Assembly: GCA_964016885.1 (NCBI GenBank)
Contig: OZ024741.1
Location: 103,044,001-103,108,000 of the forward strand
Source of the DNA: Eledone cirrhosa
Taxonomy: Eukaryota
Length of the DNA: 64,000 bases
Direction of reading: 5' to 3'
Part shown: one piece after another, positions 60,147-64,000 of the stretch
How positions within the stretch are numbered: the stretch's first letter is position 1
How the letters are laid out: each line of letters begins with the position of its first letter
The notes under the pieces: model-generated
What the model saw: the letters and a program-made list of their open reading frames with translations, nothing else
Databases searched by the model: none
What the model was told of the DNA's origin: nothing
Translations under genes and position numbers: made by a program

Positions 60147-60204
60147 ACTGCTTGATGAGATCATAGCCATTCAATGGCTATCATCGAAATATATATAGCA
60201 GTAA
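60147..60204 (+). ncRNA. type I hammerhead variant (U3); relative at 62331-62376 (-) with CCGAAGA core inside foldback 62285-62580
   Basis: tactgc TTGATGA gat catagcc attcaat ggctat catc GAAA tatata TA gcagta. Confidence 0.6.
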
Positions 60205-60718
60205 ATAAAGGATTATGAGTTCATGCAATTGACTTATGTTTCGTCACTATATATATATATAAACAAATTTTCAGTTGACTTATAATCCCCCCTACTTTCT
60301 ACCTTACCCTTTACACATACACACCCACCACCTTTATCATTTACTCAGTTCACTCTTTAACCAGATACTCTTATCTAGATCTCATCGCAAACCTTTTACA
60401 ACATTTTTCCCTTACGTATTCTTAATAATTGTGTTTATTATTTCAATTTTACTCTTCTTTTGTCCTTACTTACCCACTAGGTTTTATGTTCTCACATAGG
60501 GCTGTGTGCGGGCGCATTTGCAGACAGGCTCATGTGTACATACATTTATAGTATTTTGATTATTTATTTATACGTGTGTGTATGTATGTGTGTATGTGTG
60601 CGTGTATGTATATGTATGTGTATGTATGTGTATATATATGTTTATATATATATATATATTTGTGTATATATATATATATGTATGTATGTGTGTATATATG
60701 TATATATATATATATGTG

Positions 60719-60753
<35 letters not shown>

Positions 60754-60780
60754 CTATCTATATATATCTATCTATCTATC

Positions 60781-60812
<32 letters not shown>

Positions 60813-61287
60813 TGCGTGTGTATGTATTTGTATGTGTGTGTGTGTATATAATTATATATGTGTGTATGTGTTTGTATGTATATATTTATGTGTGTGAGTT
60901 TTTTTATGTTTATATTATATCTAATTATGGTTCTATGTATGTTTTTACGTATATAGTTGTGTGTATGCGGTTGTATATATGCTTTTGTTTTTGTCCATAT
61001 AGTCTTACGTATGGTTTTGTATGCGTGTGTTGATTTCTCATTACGTGCGATTGCGCTCACGCATGTCTATACGTTTGTACGTGGGGTTTGTACCAATGGT
61101 CTTTTTTGTAGGGTTTATGTGTGTGTTAGTATATTTGTTGTATGCATGTTTTTATATACGTTTGTATGCGTGTGTATGTGTATGTGTATATGTATTTTTG
61201 CACGCATGTGTATGTGGATGTGCACGTATGTTTATTTTATATTTTATATTTTATATTTTTATATTTTTGTTATGTATATATATATAA

Positions 61288-61353
<66 letters not shown>

Positions 61354-61431
61354 GTATATGTATATACACATATATTTGTGTATGTGTTTTTATACGTGTG
61401 TATGAGTATTTTTGCATTTGTGTGTGTGTGC

Positions 61432-61489
<58 letters not shown>

Positions 61490-61825
61490 ATATATATACT
61501 TTATATATATATATTTATGTATATGCACACCTCGTGTATTTGTTAATTTTTTATTGTTTTATTCCCCCCCTCCTCTCACTTATCGTTGTCAACACGTATC
61601 CTTCGTTTTTATTTTTTATTTTTGACTCTATATATTTTGTTCTTATTCATTTATCTATTCTTATTACTTCATGTATATGTATGTGTATGTATTTTGTCCA
61701 TGTATGTAGCTTCATATACGTTTATGTGATAATATATACGTCTACGTACTTTTTAAGTATATGCGCGTGGTTGAGTGTGTGTGTATGTTTATATATTTAT
61801 TGTTTTATATATATATATGTATTAT

Positions 61826-62005
61826 TTTTCTTCTTTTTCTTCTTTTTCTTCTTTTTCTTCTTTTTCTTCTTTTTCTTCTTTTTCTTCTTTTTCTTCTTTT
61901 TCTTCTTTTTCTTCTTTTTCTTCTTTTTCTTTTTCTTCTTTTTCTTCTTTTTCTTCTTTTTTTCTTTTTCTTCTTTTTCTTCTTTTTCTTCTTTTTTTTT
62001 TCTTC
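61826..62005. repeat. (TTTTTCTTC)n 9-mer satellite
   Basis: direct reading of the sequence. Confidence 0.9.
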
Positions 62006-62094
62006 GCCCGTTGTTTTCTCAGCCTCACTTTCATATTTCTTATATTTTGTTTTCAAATCCATATTTACTAAAAAAAAACAAAAACACTGTTTTA

Positions 62095-62152
62095 TTCATT
62101 CTGACGACTGAAAACAGATATATCTGCTTTCAAGAAACCACTGGTAAATGAA
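62095..62152 (+). ncRNA. type I hammerhead at the end of a long simple-repeat-rich UTR-like tract
   Basis: ttcatt CTGACGA c tgaaa..tttca a GAAAC cactg GTA aatgaa. Confidence 0.6.
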
Positions 62153-62242
62153 ATAATTATCTTATGTTGTTTATTACATAACTAATAGGCTCTGTAGCCT
62201 ACATAGAGCACTCTTTTTTCCTGTACCTTTCCGACGGTATTC

Positions 62243-62291
<49 letters not shown>

Positions 62292-62671
62292 TAAATAAAA
62301 GTCAAATGATTAAAATTTAGCTTCGTTTATTACTGCTATATATATTTCAGTGACAGCCTTCTTTGGCTGTGACTTCTTCGGGCAGTTTGAATTAGTATGG
62401 TATAGACAAGTACATATGTTGTTTCGGTGTATAATATTGCCAATACTCTGATATGCCCAGTTCCTTGTTGGGTTGTTAATTCACTGAGGAACTGGAGTCA
62501 TATGACTGTCACTGAAATATATATACCAGTAATAAACGAAGCTAAATTTTAATCATTTGACTTTTATTTAACTTTATTTTACACTACTCCGGAGTAACCA
62601 AACCAACCTGCGCACTTCGTCGAGTGCTCCAGCCTGCATACTGAGGTGTTGGTATACAACCAACATAAACT

Positions 62672-62742
<71 letters not shown>

Positions 62743-62747
<5 letters not shown>

Positions 62748-64000
62748 TTGCGAAGTTTTTGATATGAAATCGTGTGTCGAAACAAATATTGTTATACTTG
62801 GGGAGGGTCATATTTGTGTAATAATATTGCCAGAATTAATAACAGAACACACTCACTGTTTGGTTGGTTTTCGCTTCTGTATCTTTTATATCAGTTAATT
62901 TAATTTATTCGGTCCATTGACTGATCACCGGTCAAAAATACAGATATAATATAGACACAAACACATATATATAGTCTAACAAAGTTCTTTCGTTGCACAT
63001 CTGCAACATCGTCAGTGGTGCTATTATTTTACCTCCTGTTGTATTGTATGTCTACGCCATCTTTATTTAATCCGTTTATTTATTTATTTATTTATTTATC
63101 TATTTATACTTCTCTTGGGTCAGTATTGTTTGCTTGGGTGTTGTGTTATTCCATTAATTTTTTCTGTTTAGCTTTGGCCTTCTAAGTTCTATTTCGCTTG
63201 CCTCTCTGATTTGCCTATCTGCTGGGTCATTTCTATGTTTAGATATTATTCTAATTTCTATGTTGTCTATGTTACCCTCGTGTTGTTGTCTGGCGTGTTC
63301 GTATAGTACTGAACCGTTTTTTCGTCCTTTTAGTTACCCCCAGTGTTGGTCATCCTTTCACCTATGCTACGAGTTGTCTCGGCTATATATGTTGTTGTCA
63401 TGTTTCTGCAAGTGCCCTCTGTACATCTTATGCTATAGACTACGTTTCTAGTTTTACAGTTTATCCGGGGGTTTACTTTTCATATAATACATTTCCTATT
63501 AGTACAGTGGGTTTCCTTAAAAGGGTAGGTTTTGCTGATCAGGGATTTTATGGTGGTTCCTGGCTTTTCTACCACCTTAATCTTTAAGTGGATCTTTCTC
63601 AGGGCCTTTCTACACTGGTTAGCTAATTTCCTTCCAGGGGTAGCGTCCACGAACATGACACTCTGGTATCTCAGGTTGTCGTACCATGAGGTGGCTTTCC
63701 CTATCTTATGTCTAGTCCTATCTAAGCTATTCCATGATTTTCTCCTGTATAATGGGCAAATTCCTTTCATGTCCAGTTCTCCGTGGCTCCTTCGTATACT
63801 CTGACTCTGTCTCTTTGGTTGTAGCCAGAGAACTGCATGCGGTTGATGAATTATTGAATGTGTCTTTCTAGTTCTGTTGGGTCGCACATGCGGGACACGT
63901 TGTTCATCACTCGTACCAAGTCTGCGATCAGAATATTAAACTTAGCACTACTGGACATTGCTGAGTTTTTGAGTATCAGATATTTGGAGGCCATGGGTTT
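62743..64000 (-). mobile_element. decayed PLE, close relative of 41930-43365, running off the window end
   Basis: [24 protein letters not shown]; HHR motif at ~62980-63020. Confidence 0.88.

Noticed and set aside
61761-62111. Poly-F, KR-rich and EK-rich ORFs
   Set aside because: Translation of a 9-mer satellite

Overview
AT-rich eukaryotic, repeat-dominated window, probably from a cephalopod/octopod. That assignment is an inference from massive (TA)n tracts and a LINE 3' tail resembling octopus SINE/LINE tails as I recall them. No intact host gene is recognisable, and nearly all YI/IY ORFs are (TA)n translation noise. The window is a nest of retroelements inserted into microsatellites: at least seven 5'-truncated Penelope-like elements (PLEs; GIY-YIG endonuclease, one with RT) of three kinds, three R4/Dong-like RLE LINE fragments, a near full-length CR1-group LINE, a near full-length RTE LINE with three C-terminal C2H2 fingers plus its non-autonomous partner, a pogo-like MITE, and a ~4.46 kb tandem duplication. 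The main signals read by eye are: (1) roughly 25 type I hammerhead ribozyme (HHR) motifs from about a dozen families, including U3-A8 core variants and long-helix-II forms; (2) three families of ORF-less, HHR-bearing monomers (320, 420 and ~660 nt) inserted as more than one unit length, i.e. retrozyme-like; (3) a recurrent head-to-head inversion architecture in which one arm ends at the element's outermost 3' end and the other at a fixed internal TA-rich site, suggesting twin priming from both strands of a (TA)n target.
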